Source: a virus. From it: a stretch of DNA of 64,000 bases. Both the position numbers and the translations under genes were made by a program. The stretch lies in the IMG/VR virus record IMGVR_UViG_3300042563_002443. One strand, written 5' to 3'. This document shows, piece after piece, positions 9,788 through 20,609 of this stretch (the first letter of the stretch is position 1; the number at the start of each line of letters is the position of its first letter). The notes beneath the pieces are model-generated. The model did not search any database. It was not told the DNA's origin and saw only the letters and a list, made by a program, of their open reading frames with translations.

Positions 9788-12316
9788 ATGCAAACAACTA
9801 AAACAACAATACTTTTCCCAGGCGGGTTCAAACCATTAACTGGAGCACATTTAGCATTAGCACAACGATATGCTGAAGATCCTGCAGTTGACCAAGTAAT
9901 TTTGTTGATTGGACCAACAGAGCGAGAAGGAATTACTAGAAGCAAAACAATTGAAATATTCAATCTATTAAATTCCGATCCAAACATTGAAATACAGGCA
10001 ACTGAATTTAATTCTCCAATAACAGCCGCATATGAATATCTTTTTGCATTACCAAAAGATGCAACGGGACGGTATGCAATGGCAGCTTCAACTAAAGGCA
10101 ATGATTATGTTCGCGCTAAAGACTTTGTTCCAAATGTAGATAAGTATGCTACAATTGGCGATAAAAAAGGCCGTACGATTCCTAGCGGTATTGATGCAAT
10201 TGAATTAAATGTTAATGTTGATCCATTAACATATAATAACGGAGAACCAATATCAGCAACAATTGTTCGACAATCAATTCAAGATAATGATTATGATACA
10301 TTTCGTTTATCATATCCACAATTTGAAGATGCACTAGTTAAAAATGCATGGCAAACACTTAAAGGAGTTCAGGAAGCAACCGTATTTAGTAAAGATTGGT
10401 GGACTTCATCATTGCAAGAAGAAGTAGATGAAGTTTTTGAAGCAATAATGAATCCCAAGGAAAAAGATCGGCATGAATCAAAAATTAATCATTTGCGTTC
10501 ATTCTTAGAAAAACATCGAGGAGAATCATTTGTATATGATTTTGATAATTTTGCTAAAACAGTTGTTGGTGCTAAATTAATAGAATCAATAATTGTAGAA
10601 AATTATATTACACGAGATGAATTAAAACAAATAGAACCAGTAATTGATAGATTTTTTAAACGTTTTGGTATCGATGTAGATTTTCAAGGTAAATTTACTC
10701 ACTTTATTGAACGTTTAAATGATCCTAGAAATGAAGGAACTATTAGATTAGATGATTTAGAAAACTTATTCAAAGACTTATCAGACGAATACGGCGAAAA
10801 AATTGTACAACAATTCCAATCTGGCAATCCTACTGCGGTAGAATCTGATTATCAATTCGATGTTCCATTACATATGCCATTCCAATTAGAGTTTGATCGT
10901 CAGTTAGGTCAGATTAAATTGATTCCTCGCACTATTAAAGCACAACGTAAACAATGGCAACCAAATAATCCTAATGATGTAATTTATAAAATTGAATCAG
11001 TGATGCCTAGAAGTAATAATAGAATTCAATCTGAATCTAAACTTATTACTGAAGGTGGCGCGGCGGGACATATGGCGCATCCATGGGACGATCACGGATT
11101 ATCATTTAATGATATGAAAGAAATTGTGTCTAGAGCATTAGAAGGACGTTTAGATATTGAACAAGCAGTAACTGAAAAGACTGATGGACAAAATATTTTT
11201 GTAACTTGGAAAAACAATGAAATTGGATTTGCCCGAGGATCTGGAACTATAATTAATCCAATGACAACGTCTGAAATTATTGCAGATTTCCAACGCAAAC
11301 AACAAAAAGCAATTGCAGAAAAAGGAGCTGAAGCGGGAGCAAATTATCAACCGGTAGTAGATGCATATCAGGCCTGCGCTGAAGATTTAACAGAAGCATT
11401 TAATGCAATTGCTGAAAATACATTGAATCAAATATTTAAAAATGGCAGAGTATTTGCTAACATGGAAATTATTTATCCAGCAACTAAAAATGTAATTGCA
11501 TATGATAAAGCTCATTTACAATTTCATAATTTGGTTGAATATGATGAAAAAGGAAAAGTAATTGAAACTGATTTAACCGGCGGGGCAACCATGCAAAAAA
11601 TCATTCAAGATGCAAATTCACATATGCAAAAAACATTTTCATTTATTCCACCACAACGTATTAAATTGGGTCGAGTATATGATTTTGAAGATCAACAAGC
11701 AGCATTCTTTAATGAGATTGCACAATTACAAACAAAATTTAATCTTAAAGAGACAGATTTAATCAGCGAATATCACAAATCATGGTGGCGAGATGTTATC
11801 AAATCAAAAGCCCAACAATTGGGATATGATATTACAGACGAGTTGGTTGATACATTGATGTATCGATGGTCATTTAATGATAAATCAACAAATATATCCA
11901 TACTTAAAAAACAAATTGCAAATCCTGAATTTTTAGCATGGGTTGATGAGTTTGATAAAAAAGATTTCAAACAATACAAAAAACAAAATTTAGAACCATT
12001 TGAATCAATCTTTTTGCGTCTAGGAGTTTTGGTATTACAAAATGCAACCAATTATCTAGCAGCAAATCCAGACCAAACGGTTCAAGAAATAAAAACAGAA
12101 TTAGCTCAACTTATTAAAGATTTGCAAGCCAAAGGCGATGCTGCTACAATACAAAAATTAGAACATGAACTAAGACGCATACAAAAACTAGGCGGTTTTG
12201 ATGCAATTGTACCAACTGAAGGAGTTGTATTTACATTTCAAGGAAATACATATAAAATGACAGGAGCATTTGCTCCGGTTAATCAACTACTAGGGGTATT
12301 GAAATATACACGATAA
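9788..12316 (+). CDS. Multidomain protein: HxGH-type nucleotidyltransferase + putative RNase-like domain + ligase-like (KxDG) nucleotidyltransferase
   Basis: N-terminal FPGGFKPLTGAH and ISATIVR; central FTHFIERLNDPRN; C-terminal TEKTDGQN...EIIYP...EGVVF...YKMTG. Confidence 0.6.
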   Translation: MQTTKTTILFPGGFKPLTGAHLALAQRYAEDPAVDQVILLIGPTEREGITRSKTIEIFNLLNSDPNIEIQATEFNSPITAAYEYLFALPKDATGRYAMAASTKGNDYVRAKDFVPNVDKYATIGDKKGRTIPSGIDAIELNVNVDPLTYNNGEPISATIVRQSIQDNDYDTFRLSYPQFEDALVKNAWQTLKGVQEATVFSKDWWTSSLQEEVDEVFEAIMNPKEKDRHESKINHLRSFLEKHRGESFVYDFDNFAKTVVGAKLIESIIVENYITRDELKQIEPVIDRFFKRFGIDVDFQGKFTHFIERLNDPRNEGTIRLDDLENLFKDLSDEYGEKIVQQFQSGNPTAVESDYQFDVPLHMPFQLEFDRQLGQIKLIPRTIKAQRKQWQPNNPNDVIYKIESVMPRSNNRIQSESKLITEGGAAGHMAHPWDDHGLSFNDMKEIVSRALEGRLDIEQAVTEKTDGQNIFVTWKNNEIGFARGSGTIINPMTTSEIIADFQRKQQKAIAEKGAEAGANYQPVVDAYQACAEDLTEAFNAIAENTLNQIFKNGRVFANMEIIYPATKNVIAYDKAHLQFHNLVEYDEKGKVIETDLTGGATMQKIIQDANSHMQKTFSFIPPQRIKLGRVYDFEDQQAAFFNEIAQLQTKFNLKETDLISEYHKSWWRDVIKSKAQQLGYDITDELVDTLMYRWSFNDKSTNISILKKQIANPEFLAWVDEFDKKDFKQYKKQNLEPFESIFLRLGVLVLQNATNYLAANPDQTVQEIKTELAQLIKDLQAKGDAATIQKLEHELRRIQKLGGFDAIVPTEGVVFTFQGNTYKMTGAFAPVNQLLGVLKYTR

Positions 12317-12343
12317 CATATTTATATAAAATAGGATATTATA

Positions 12344-13141
12344 ATGGCTGAAAAACATAAAAGCAAATACAAAAAACCAGAAAACAAAAAACCTACATAT
12401 CGTAAAGATATAAAAGATTATACATTGGATGACAAAGATGGCAAATCAAATCCAAAATCTTCAGGTGAAAAATTACCTATCATTTTGCGTAAAACAGACA
12501 AAGAAGTAATAGATAATGGAAATCTAGTTCCTAAGTATGAAGCAGATGATCGTTTATATAAAGATCTAGAAGATGCTGATTATGATTCTAAAACAGCATT
12601 AAAACGTTTAACAAAGCGTCAAAATGATGAAGCTAAAGATGTTAAAGATGTCATTAAAGATAAAATTGAAAACTTAACGAGAGAACAAAAAGAACGTTTA
12701 GTTAGAGAATATATTCGTAGGAAGATTGAAAAAGTTTTATACGAGCAAGAAGAAAAGCCAGAAGATGCTCCTGCAGAAGAAGCACCTGAAGCTCCAACAC
12801 CAGAAGCACCAGCTCCTGAAACAACACCGACTGCACCAGAGGCAGCCGCAGAAACTCCTGCACCAGAAACACCAACTGAAGAGCCAGCCCCAACTGAAGA
12901 ACCTGCAGCAGATAACGCTGAAAAAGAATTAGATCCTGAAGCAAAAGAAGCGTTAGCTGTACAAAGATTTGTTGATCACTTAAAAAGTGAAACAGGAAAT
13001 ATTGCTAGGATTAAAGCAATATCAAAAGTTATTAATGCAACAATGCGTGAAGCAGAACCAGAAGATTATACTAATTTTTATGAGTTACTTCGTTCATTAG
13101 CAATTAATAAACTTTCAACGGGAAATAAATCTAAAAAATAA
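12344..13141 (+). CDS. Hypothetical protein with a Pro/Glu/Ala-rich linker (possible internal head protein)
   Basis: Basic N-terminus, VLYE|Q site, PEAP/TPEA linker; preceded by the late-type motif. Confidence 0.6.
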   Translation: MAEKHKSKYKKPENKKPTYRKDIKDYTLDDKDGKSNPKSSGEKLPIILRKTDKEVIDNGNLVPKYEADDRLYKDLEDADYDSKTALKRLTKRQNDEAKDVKDVIKDKIENLTREQKERLVREYIRRKIEKVLYEQEEKPEDAPAEEAPEAPTPEAPAPETTPTAPEAAAETPAPETPTEEPAPTEEPAADNAEKELDPEAKEALAVQRFVDHLKSETGNIARIKAISKVINATMREAEPEDYTNFYELLRSLAINKLSTGNKSKK

Positions 13142-13144
13142 ATA

Positions 13145-13795
13145 ATGTCTAAAAAGTTACAAAATGTTAAAGCTGTACAACAAATGTTGGATGGCACCCA
13201 CAAGTTTCAAACAAAAAAAACTGTAGGATTTTCCGATGTTGCATCGGTTGCAAAGAAAAATGATCGTCATGAAATTGGCGACATATGGGAAGAAACAAAT
13301 TCATCAACAGGAATCACACACATCATTGAGCAAAAAGACGGCTTTCGTATACGCAAGTCAAAAGGCACAGATGTATTGCAATCAGTCCGAGATGAATTAA
13401 AATCATTTCCTAATTGTAGAAAAGATACATGTACATGTTTAGGTACACATCATATAGATCAAAAAATGCGTAAAGTGCATGGAATGTGTTTTGATTGTAC
13501 AATTGATATGGAACATGAATTAAAAAAAGCTGGAACATATGAAGAATATGAGCAAAATAAAATTCGCGAAAATGCACTTGCATGGTTAGAATCCGCAGAG
13601 CGAGATGTTAAAATGTTAAAAGACGCATATACAACCGCAGCACAATTTGTTACAAATTCCGAAGGCGAACAAGAATCTTGGTCCGCAAAAATGACTCCAG
13701 AAGAATTTGAAGATACAATACAAAAACAATTTGATATTTTTAAAGAAAATTTTTTAAACAAACTAAATAACAAGGAAACAAATGAAAACAATTAA
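13145..13795 (+). CDS. Hypothetical protein with Cys cluster
   Basis: CRKDTCTC and CFDC; tightly packed ORF. Confidence 0.65.
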   Translation: MSKKLQNVKAVQQMLDGTHKFQTKKTVGFSDVASVAKKNDRHEIGDIWEETNSSTGITHIIEQKDGFRIRKSKGTDVLQSVRDELKSFPNCRKDTCTCLGTHHIDQKMRKVHGMCFDCTIDMEHELKKAGTYEEYEQNKIRENALAWLESAERDVKMLKDAYTTAAQFVTNSEGEQESWSAKMTPEEFEDTIQKQFDIFKENFLNKLNNKETNENN

Positions 13796-14120
13796 AAAAT
13801 ATTGGGCATTTATAGTAGGAGCAATAGTTGCTATTATAGGTATTTTTGCAGTAACATCATCAAAACTTACTAGTAAAAAATTAAGAAAAACTGCAAAACA
13901 AATTGATGATAATGATTCGTCAATTGATAAATTGCAAGGCAAAATAGAAGTAGTAGAAGAAACAAGAATTAAAACAAAACAAGATTTAGTAGAACAAACA
14001 GCAGCAATTGCTGATTTGCAAGAAGCTAAAGACAATTTAATTGTTGAAGAAGTTCCAATTGAAGATGCCAAACAAAATATTTTAAAAAATGTGCGTCGAG
14101 CAAAAAAACAAACAAAATGA
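13782..14120 (+). CDS. Membrane-anchored coiled-coil protein (possible spanin-like)
   Basis: N-terminal TM (WAFIVGAIVAIIGIFAV) followed by a coiled coil; SD-like AAGGA upstream. Confidence 0.5.
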   Translation: MKTIKKYWAFIVGAIVAIIGIFAVTSSKLTSKKLRKTAKQIDDNDSSIDKLQGKIEVVEETRIKTKQDLVEQTAAIADLQEAKDNLIVEEVPIEDAKQNILKNVRRAKKQTK

Positions 14121-14506
14121 AAAAGCTATTAATTATATTATTGTTTCCGCTAATATCATTTACTCAAACAAAAAAGCAATTACCTGATACATGTTTTACT
14201 CAACAAGAACTTGCTGATATATCATTTGTATTAGATTCACTTTGGACAGCTGATGATATTAATAACAATTTAATTAAATCATATGATACAGCATTTCGCA
14301 CACAAAGTACTTTGATTAAATTAGATTCAGTACAATTACAATATAAAAACAATCAAATTAAATTGTTGCAAGAAAATATTGATTTATATGTAAGTAGAGA
14401 AAAATTATTACAACCAAAATGGTATGATAAAAAAGGTTTATGGTATGGCGCAGGATTTCTATCAGCATTAGGCACCGGCATATTAATAAATCAACTTATA
14501 AAATAA
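14117..14506 (+). CDS. Signal-peptide coiled-coil protein with C-terminal hydrophobic segment (possible spanin-like partner)
   Basis: MKKLLIILLFPLISF signal; C-terminal GLWYGAGFLSALGTGILI. Confidence 0.5.
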   Translation: MKKLLIILLFPLISFTQTKKQLPDTCFTQQELADISFVLDSLWTADDINNNLIKSYDTAFRTQSTLIKLDSVQLQYKNNQIKLLQENIDLYVSREKLLQPKWYDKKGLWYGAGFLSALGTGILINQLIK

Positions 14507-14511
14507 ATACA

Positions 14512-16089
14512 ATGTCTGCAAACATAAAACAAATAATACAGCAACAGTACATGATGTGTGCTAAAGATCCTGTATTTTTTATGCGTAATTATTGTTATAT
14601 ACAACATCCTAAACGAGGAAAGATTAAATTTAATCTATTCCCTTTCCAGGAAGATTCATTAACTGAATTGCGTGATAATCGTTACAATGTAATATTGAAA
14701 TCACGACAGTTAGGTATATCAACATTGGCAGCTGGATTTGCTTTATGGAGCATGTTATTCAACGAAGACTTTAACGTATTAGTTATTGCAACAACACAAG
14801 AAGTAGCAAAAAACTTGGTAACAAAAGTTCGTGTCATGCATGACAATTTGCCTAGTTGGTTAAAAGGTACAGTTGATGCAGACAATAAACTATCATTAAA
14901 ATTTAAAAACGGTTCGCAGATTAAAGCAGTATCGTCTGCCGGGACAGGAGCACGATCTGAAGCATTATCATTATTAATAGTTGATGAGGCTGCATTTATT
15001 CGAAACATTGAAGAGATATGGATTGCATCTCAAGCAACATTATCTACGGGTGGTGGAGCAATAGTATTATCTACTCCAAACGGAGTTGGTAATTGGTTTC
15101 ATCAAACATGGGCTGACGCAGAAGCAGACATTAATGGATTTCATACAGTTAAACTACATTGGACAGTTCATCCAGAACGCGACCAAGATTGGCGAGATGA
15201 ACAAACTCGTTTATTAGGTGAACGTGGCGCAGCACAAGAATGTGATTGTGACTTTGTTAGTTCAGGTCATACTGTAGTTGATGGCCCATTATTATTAGAA
15301 TATGATGCAATAACTGAAGATCCAATTGAACGTAGAGGCTTTGACGGAAACTATTGGGTATGGGAATATCCGGACTATACTAGAGACTATTTAGTAGTAG
15401 CTGACGTTGCGCGAGGAGATGGCGCAGATTATTCTGCATTCCATGTTTTTGATGTACAAGATGTACGTCAGGTTGCTGAGTACAAAGGAAAAATTCCTCC
15501 TAATGAATTTGGCAACATGCTAGTAACGGTTGCAACAGAATGGAACAATGCATTATTAGCAATTGAAAATGCAAATATTGGTTGGGCAGCAATTCAACCG
15601 GCATTAGATAGAGGATATCAAAATCTACATTATACATATAAAGATGATGGATACACAGATGCAGATGTACAATTGAAAAAAGGATATGATATGAAAGATA
15701 AGGGCCAAATGGTTCCTGGAGTATCAACTACAACTCGTACAAGGCCATTAATGATTTCTGCATTAGAAATGTATATGCGTGAACGAACTCCTATAATTCG
15801 TAGTAAAAGACTTATACAAGAACTACTAGTATTTATTTGGCTTAATGGTAAAGCCCAATCACAAAATGGATATAATGATGACTTAGTAATGTCATTTTGT
15901 ATTGGTCTTTGGTTGCGCGATTCAACTCTTAAATTACGACAACAAGGAATTGAGCTCAATAAAAAAGCACTTTCATCATTTCAAAAAACAAGTCCAGTTA
16001 TATATACAGGCAACAAAAATAACACCGATAATGGATGGTCGTGGAACAACGGCCGAGATGATGAATCACTAACATGGCTTATCAAATAA
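14512..16089 (+). CDS. terL: Terminase large subunit (gp17-like)
   Basis: LKSRQLGIST Walker A, LLIVDEAAF Walker B, LSTPNG, ADVARG and DDLVMS nuclease motifs. Start 14512 (MSANIK) preferred over 14440. Confidence 0.95.
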   Translation: MSANIKQIIQQQYMMCAKDPVFFMRNYCYIQHPKRGKIKFNLFPFQEDSLTELRDNRYNVILKSRQLGISTLAAGFALWSMLFNEDFNVLVIATTQEVAKNLVTKVRVMHDNLPSWLKGTVDADNKLSLKFKNGSQIKAVSSAGTGARSEALSLLIVDEAAFIRNIEEIWIASQATLSTGGGAIVLSTPNGVGNWFHQTWADAEADINGFHTVKLHWTVHPERDQDWRDEQTRLLGERGAAQECDCDFVSSGHTVVDGPLLLEYDAITEDPIERRGFDGNYWVWEYPDYTRDYLVVADVARGDGADYSAFHVFDVQDVRQVAEYKGKIPPNEFGNMLVTVATEWNNALLAIENANIGWAAIQPALDRGYQNLHYTYKDDGYTDADVQLKKGYDMKDKGQMVPGVSTTTRTRPLMISALEMYMRERTPIIRSKRLIQELLVFIWLNGKAQSQNGYNDDLVMSFCIGLWLRDSTLKLRQQGIELNKKALSSFQKTSPVIYTGNKNNTDNGWSWNNGRDDESLTWLIK

Positions 16090-16139
16090 AAAAACATACA
16101 TGGTTCTATCGATAGTTATATTTATATAAAAAAGATAAT

Positions 16140-17984
16140 ATGGCGTCATTAAGAAAACGTTTACAGAATTTATTTAGTACCAATGTGGTTGTTAGAGCAT
16201 ATGGTAAAGATCAGCTACGAGTAGTTGATACAAACCGATTACAATCAGTAGGTAATTTAAGTCAAAGTAAAGTTGCAGATAGATATACTCGTCTGCACGG
16301 AGCAAATAAACATCGTGTCGGCGGAAATGGCGGGTATGATTCAAATTATTATATGCATCAAAATCGTCTGCAATTATATGCTGACTATGAAATGATGGAT
16401 AAAGATCCAATTATATCTTCAGCATTAGATATATATTCAGATGAATCTACATTAGCTGATCAATTTGGTGATATTTTAACTATCAGAACTAATAAAACAC
16501 AAATACAAAAAATACTTTATAATTTATTTTATGATGTTTTGAATATTGAGTTCAATTTATGGACTTGGATTCGTAACATGACAAAATATGGTGATTTCTT
16601 TTTAAAGTTGGATATTGCTGAAGAAATTGGAATTTTAAATGCACGTCCATTTTCAAGTTATGAAATGGAAAGATGGGAAGAATATAACCAATCTACTGGA
16701 GAATATGAAATCAAATTCAAAAACGTTGCGTCAGAACAAATGACATACGATGTGTTTGAAGTAGCACATTTCCGCATGTTATCAGATTCTAACTTTTTAC
16801 CATATGGTAGATCCATGTTAGAAGGAGCTAGAAAAGAATTTCAAAAATTGATGATGATGGAAGATGCAATGCTTATTCATAGAATAATGCGCGCACCTGA
16901 AAAACGTATTTTTAAAATTGATATTGGTAATATTCCTACAAATGAAGTAGATTCATTCATGGAACAAATTATCAATAAAATGAAAAAGATTCCACACATT
17001 GATCCGCAAACTGGAAATTACAATTTAAAGTTTAATATTAACAACATGTTGGAAGATTATTATCTACCAGTTCGCGGAGGTCAATCATCTACAACAATTG
17101 ATACATTACCGGGTATGACATTTACAGGAATGGATGACATTGAATATATTAGAACAAAGATGATGTCAGCCCTAAAAATTCCAGCACCATTCTTAGGGTA
17201 TTCAGAGGCAGTTGAAGGTAAATCTACATTAGCATCAATGGATATTCGTTTTGCTAGAACAATTGAACGTGTACAAAAAATTGTATGTTCTGAGCTTGTT
17301 AAAATTGCAATTATACATTTATATGCTCAAGGATTTGAAGGAGAAGATTTAGTAGGATTTGAATTAGAATTAACAGCACCGTCAATTATTTATGATCAAC
17401 AAAAAGTTGCATTAATGAATGAAAAAATAACTTTAGCAAATGCAATGAAAGATTCAAAATTAGTTTCTGATAAATACATATATGAGTATATTTTTAATAT
17501 GTCTGAAGATCAATGGTTGCAAGAAAGAACAAATGTTGTTGAAGATTTAAAACTTAGATTCCGTCAAAATCAAATTGAACAAGAAGGAAATGATCCAGCA
17601 ATCACAGGAACATCATTTGGAACACCACATGATTTAGCATCAATACATATGAGTAGCAACGATGTTGGAGAAAAAGATAAGGGTGGCCGTCCAAAAGAAG
17701 GAATTAAATTTGGACAACATAAAAATGAATTTGGTTGGGATCCTACCGGAATCAAAGGAATTAAACAAGAAATTAATCCTGAGCACCAAAAAACAACATT
17801 CCAACCTGATACTAATTTTAAAAATAGAGCAGGCGCAGTTGCAGTAGAACATCATGATATATTAAAACAAATAAAGTCAAAAAATAAAGGTGCGTCAATT
17901 ATTACAGAATCATTAAAATCTAATAAGATAAGTGAAACAGATACCGATGCAGGTACATTATTAGATGAAAACAACATTTTGTAA
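16140..17984 (+). CDS. Portal protein (gp20-like)
   Basis: MEDAMLIHRIMRAPEKRIFKIDIGN and EDYYLPVRGG...IDTLPG are typical of T4-like portals. Confidence 0.93.
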   Translation: MASLRKRLQNLFSTNVVVRAYGKDQLRVVDTNRLQSVGNLSQSKVADRYTRLHGANKHRVGGNGGYDSNYYMHQNRLQLYADYEMMDKDPIISSALDIYSDESTLADQFGDILTIRTNKTQIQKILYNLFYDVLNIEFNLWTWIRNMTKYGDFFLKLDIAEEIGILNARPFSSYEMERWEEYNQSTGEYEIKFKNVASEQMTYDVFEVAHFRMLSDSNFLPYGRSMLEGARKEFQKLMMMEDAMLIHRIMRAPEKRIFKIDIGNIPTNEVDSFMEQIINKMKKIPHIDPQTGNYNLKFNINNMLEDYYLPVRGGQSSTTIDTLPGMTFTGMDDIEYIRTKMMSALKIPAPFLGYSEAVEGKSTLASMDIRFARTIERVQKIVCSELVKIAIIHLYAQGFEGEDLVGFELELTAPSIIYDQQKVALMNEKITLANAMKDSKLVSDKYIYEYIFNMSEDQWLQERTNVVEDLKLRFRQNQIEQEGNDPAITGTSFGTPHDLASIHMSSNDVGEKDKGGRPKEGIKFGQHKNEFGWDPTGIKGIKQEINPEHQKTTFQPDTNFKNRAGAVAVEHHDILKQIKSKNKGASIITESLKSNKISETDTDAGTLLDENNIL

Positions 17985-18025
17985 TTATAAACATATTTAT
18001 TAAAAACACAAGGCATCGTATATAC

Positions 18026-18874
18026 ATGAAGAAATTAAAACATTCAAAATATAAAAATACGGGTATACTATTTGAAATGTTGGTTAGGAAACTAACATCT
18101 GAAACATTAACATCAAATAAATCAGTAACTATTGATATTATTAAAAAATATTTTGGCCGAAATACTGAATTATCTAAAGAATTACAATTATACAATTCAT
18201 TAGTTAAAGAACAGTTTCGAAGTGAAGCTCAAGCATTAGATTATATACGGACTGTTAAAGGCGCATATGATAAATTGAATCAAAGTGTGTTAAAACGACA
18301 ACGTTACAATTTAGTAAAAGAAATTTCAGATAAGTTTGTATTTCCGGATATGTCAAAAATGCATATCAATAACTATAAAGTATTAGCGTCTATTAACATG
18401 ATATTTGAATATGCAGAAAATGAAAATCCTAAACAGTTATTGGAATGTAAAAATGTAATAATTGATCATAATTTAATTACAGAACGAGTTGCACCAAAAA
18501 AAGATGAATTAATTGAATCATTTACATCGCAGCCAAAAGATATGCGTTTATTAACATATAAAATATTAGTTGATAAATTTAACGAAAAATATTCAGGATT
18601 AGATGAGTCGCAAAAACAATTATTAAACAAATATATTACTCATGTAAATGATACAAATGCATTGCGTGAATATATTAAAAAAATAATTCCAGGAATTAAA
18701 TCTGATTTAGCAAATCAATCAAAATCTATAACAGACGCAGCAACTAAAATTAAAGTAGCAAAATTATCAGAAATGCTTTGTAATGTTGAATCAATGAAAA
18801 CTATTAAAGAATCACATGTATTATCATTGTTACGTTATTTTGATTTAGTTCGCGAATTACAAGGGATGCATTAA
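18026..18874 (+). CDS. Hypothetical head-cluster protein
   Basis: 282 aa helical ORF between portal and protease; late-type motif upstream. Confidence 0.65.
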   Translation: MKKLKHSKYKNTGILFEMLVRKLTSETLTSNKSVTIDIIKKYFGRNTELSKELQLYNSLVKEQFRSEAQALDYIRTVKGAYDKLNQSVLKRQRYNLVKEISDKFVFPDMSKMHINNYKVLASINMIFEYAENENPKQLLECKNVIIDHNLITERVAPKKDELIESFTSQPKDMRLLTYKILVDKFNEKYSGLDESQKQLLNKYITHVNDTNALREYIKKIIPGIKSDLANQSKSITDAATKIKVAKLSEMLCNVESMKTIKESHVLSLLRYFDLVRELQGMH

Positions 18875-19557
18875 TGAGATCATTTTTAAAAGAAATTGAA
18901 GACAAATTTTTAGATCTTGAAGAGTCATGTGATAAATGCGACACACCTAAGTCTCAATGTGCATGTGATGACGAGATTGATGAACAAAATGTTACTGGTG
19001 CAATTGCAGGATATAATATACCAGCAGCGTTTGCTAAGCCAGGAAAATGGAAACAAAAAAATGCACAGTATGAATCAAAAACACGAAATCAAGGCCAGTA
19101 CCAGGTTCCAGAGTTTGATGAAGAAGTGCAAGCCGATAAATTTCCATTTGCAATGGATGATGACATTTGGTTAAACAAAGATATGGAATATCCATCTAAA
19201 GATAAAACAAAGACCCCAGGTACGGCTCATAAAAAAGATTTAGATATGGCAAATCGAAAAACTAAACTTCAAGTTGAAGATGTATTAGAAAACAAGTACC
19301 AACAATTAATTGAAAGTTATCGTAATTTTTCTGTAGACGATCCAAAAATATCTCCGGAACGCAAAGTAAAAAATACAATTCAAGAAATTGCAAAAAAGCT
19401 TCAAGAAATTGAAACTATGGTGAATTACAATACTAGATTAAAAACAGAATCTGGAGTGACTTCATCAAACTACGGACCAGGAACACAAAAAGCATTAACA
19501 AAAATATCAGAGAGATTGATTAAAATTTCAGAACGAGTAAGATCACTAGGAGAATAA
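18874..19557 (+). CDS. Hypothetical head-cluster protein (possible core/internal protein)
   Basis: Overlaps the upstream stop; contains FLKE and LIES sites. Confidence 0.6.
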   Translation: MRSFLKEIEDKFLDLEESCDKCDTPKSQCACDDEIDEQNVTGAIAGYNIPAAFAKPGKWKQKNAQYESKTRNQGQYQVPEFDEEVQADKFPFAMDDDIWLNKDMEYPSKDKTKTPGTAHKKDLDMANRKTKLQVEDVLENKYQQLIESYRNFSVDDPKISPERKVKNTIQEIAKKLQEIETMVNYNTRLKTESGVTSSNYGPGTQKALTKISERLIKISERVRSLGE

Positions 19558-19559
19558 CA

Positions 19560-20189
19560 ATGTCAAAACAACTAATATTAGAATATATACCATTTAAGCC
19601 ATTTGAGTCATTATCAGAATCTTCTGGTGCTGCATATGGTGTACCTGGGGGTGTTGTTGTACAAGGTGTTTTACAAAGAGCAGGCGCAAAAAATCAAAAT
19701 GGTAGAATATATCCTAGAACAATTTTAGAACGAGAATGCAACCGATATCAACAAGAATATATAGATCAACATAGGGCATTAGGTGAATTAGATCACCCAG
19801 AATCATCCGTAGTTAATTTAAACAATGTTTCACACAATGTTTTAAAGATATGGTGGAAAGGCGATGATTTATGCGGAGCAGTACAAATCTTAGAAACACC
19901 AAGTGGTAAAATTCTTAAAGAACTTTTTAAAGCTGGAATAACATTGGGTATTTCTAGTAGAGGTCTAGGCTCAGTTAAAGAACTGCGTAGTGAAGGCACC
20001 GTTGAAGTACAAGAAGACTTTGAATTAATATGTTGGGACTTCGTATCTAATCCATCAACCCAAGGCGCTTTTATGCGTCCTACGCACATGAACGAATCGG
20101 TAGGTAAACAATCTACCGCAAATAAATATAATAAAGTAAACAGTATCATTACATCGATTTTATGTGATGACGGTAAATGCAGGATATAA
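19560..20189 (+). CDS. Prohead core protease (gp21-like)
   Basis: NQNGRIYP, ALGELDHP, GISSRGLGS, WDFVSNPST. Confidence 0.93.
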   Translation: MSKQLILEYIPFKPFESLSESSGAAYGVPGGVVVQGVLQRAGAKNQNGRIYPRTILERECNRYQQEYIDQHRALGELDHPESSVVNLNNVSHNVLKIWWKGDDLCGAVQILETPSGKILKELFKAGITLGISSRGLGSVKELRSEGTVEVQEDFELICWDFVSNPSTQGAFMRPTHMNESVGKQSTANKYNKVNSIITSILCDDGKCRI

Positions 20190-20190
20190 T

Positions 20191-20568
20191 ATGAACTCAC
20201 CAAATTTAAAAAGAATTTTAGAAATGATCACTGAAGATCAACCACAGCCATTAACTAAACAAGAAAAACAAGAATTTACAAATCAAGTTAAACGGTTTAG
20301 TGAAATGAATCAATCAGTTTACGGAAATGGTGATCTTCAATCTTTAACGGATCGTGTTAAAGACATGATCAACAAAGCTGAACAAATTACAACAGAAGCT
20401 GGAGATTGGTTTGATAATGTAACAATTAAACGTCACATGAAAAACTTGAATGATTCATATCGTGTATTTGAATCAACAGCAAAAGAAATGAGCCAGCTGC
20501 AACAACGTTTAAGTGCAGCTTATGAAGATATTGCACAAGGATTAAATAAATATTTTGATGTTAATTAA
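20191..20568 (+). CDS. Hypothetical helical protein
   Basis: Start 20191 (MNSPNLKRILE), immediately after the protease stop. Confidence 0.6.
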   Translation: MNSPNLKRILEMITEDQPQPLTKQEKQEFTNQVKRFSEMNQSVYGNGDLQSLTDRVKDMINKAEQITTEAGDWFDNVTIKRHMKNLNDSYRVFESTAKEMSQLQQRLSAAYEDIAQGLNKYFDVN

Positions 20569-20569
20569 T

Positions 20570-20598
20570 TTGGATTTTTAAATAAAAAATATTATAAT
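20570..20598 (+). promoter_or_regulatory. TTKGA-N18-TATAWT promoter-like element
   Basis: TTGGA 20570 and TATAAT 20593-20598. Confidence 0.6.
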
Positions 20599-20609
20599 AT
20601 ATAGGTAAA

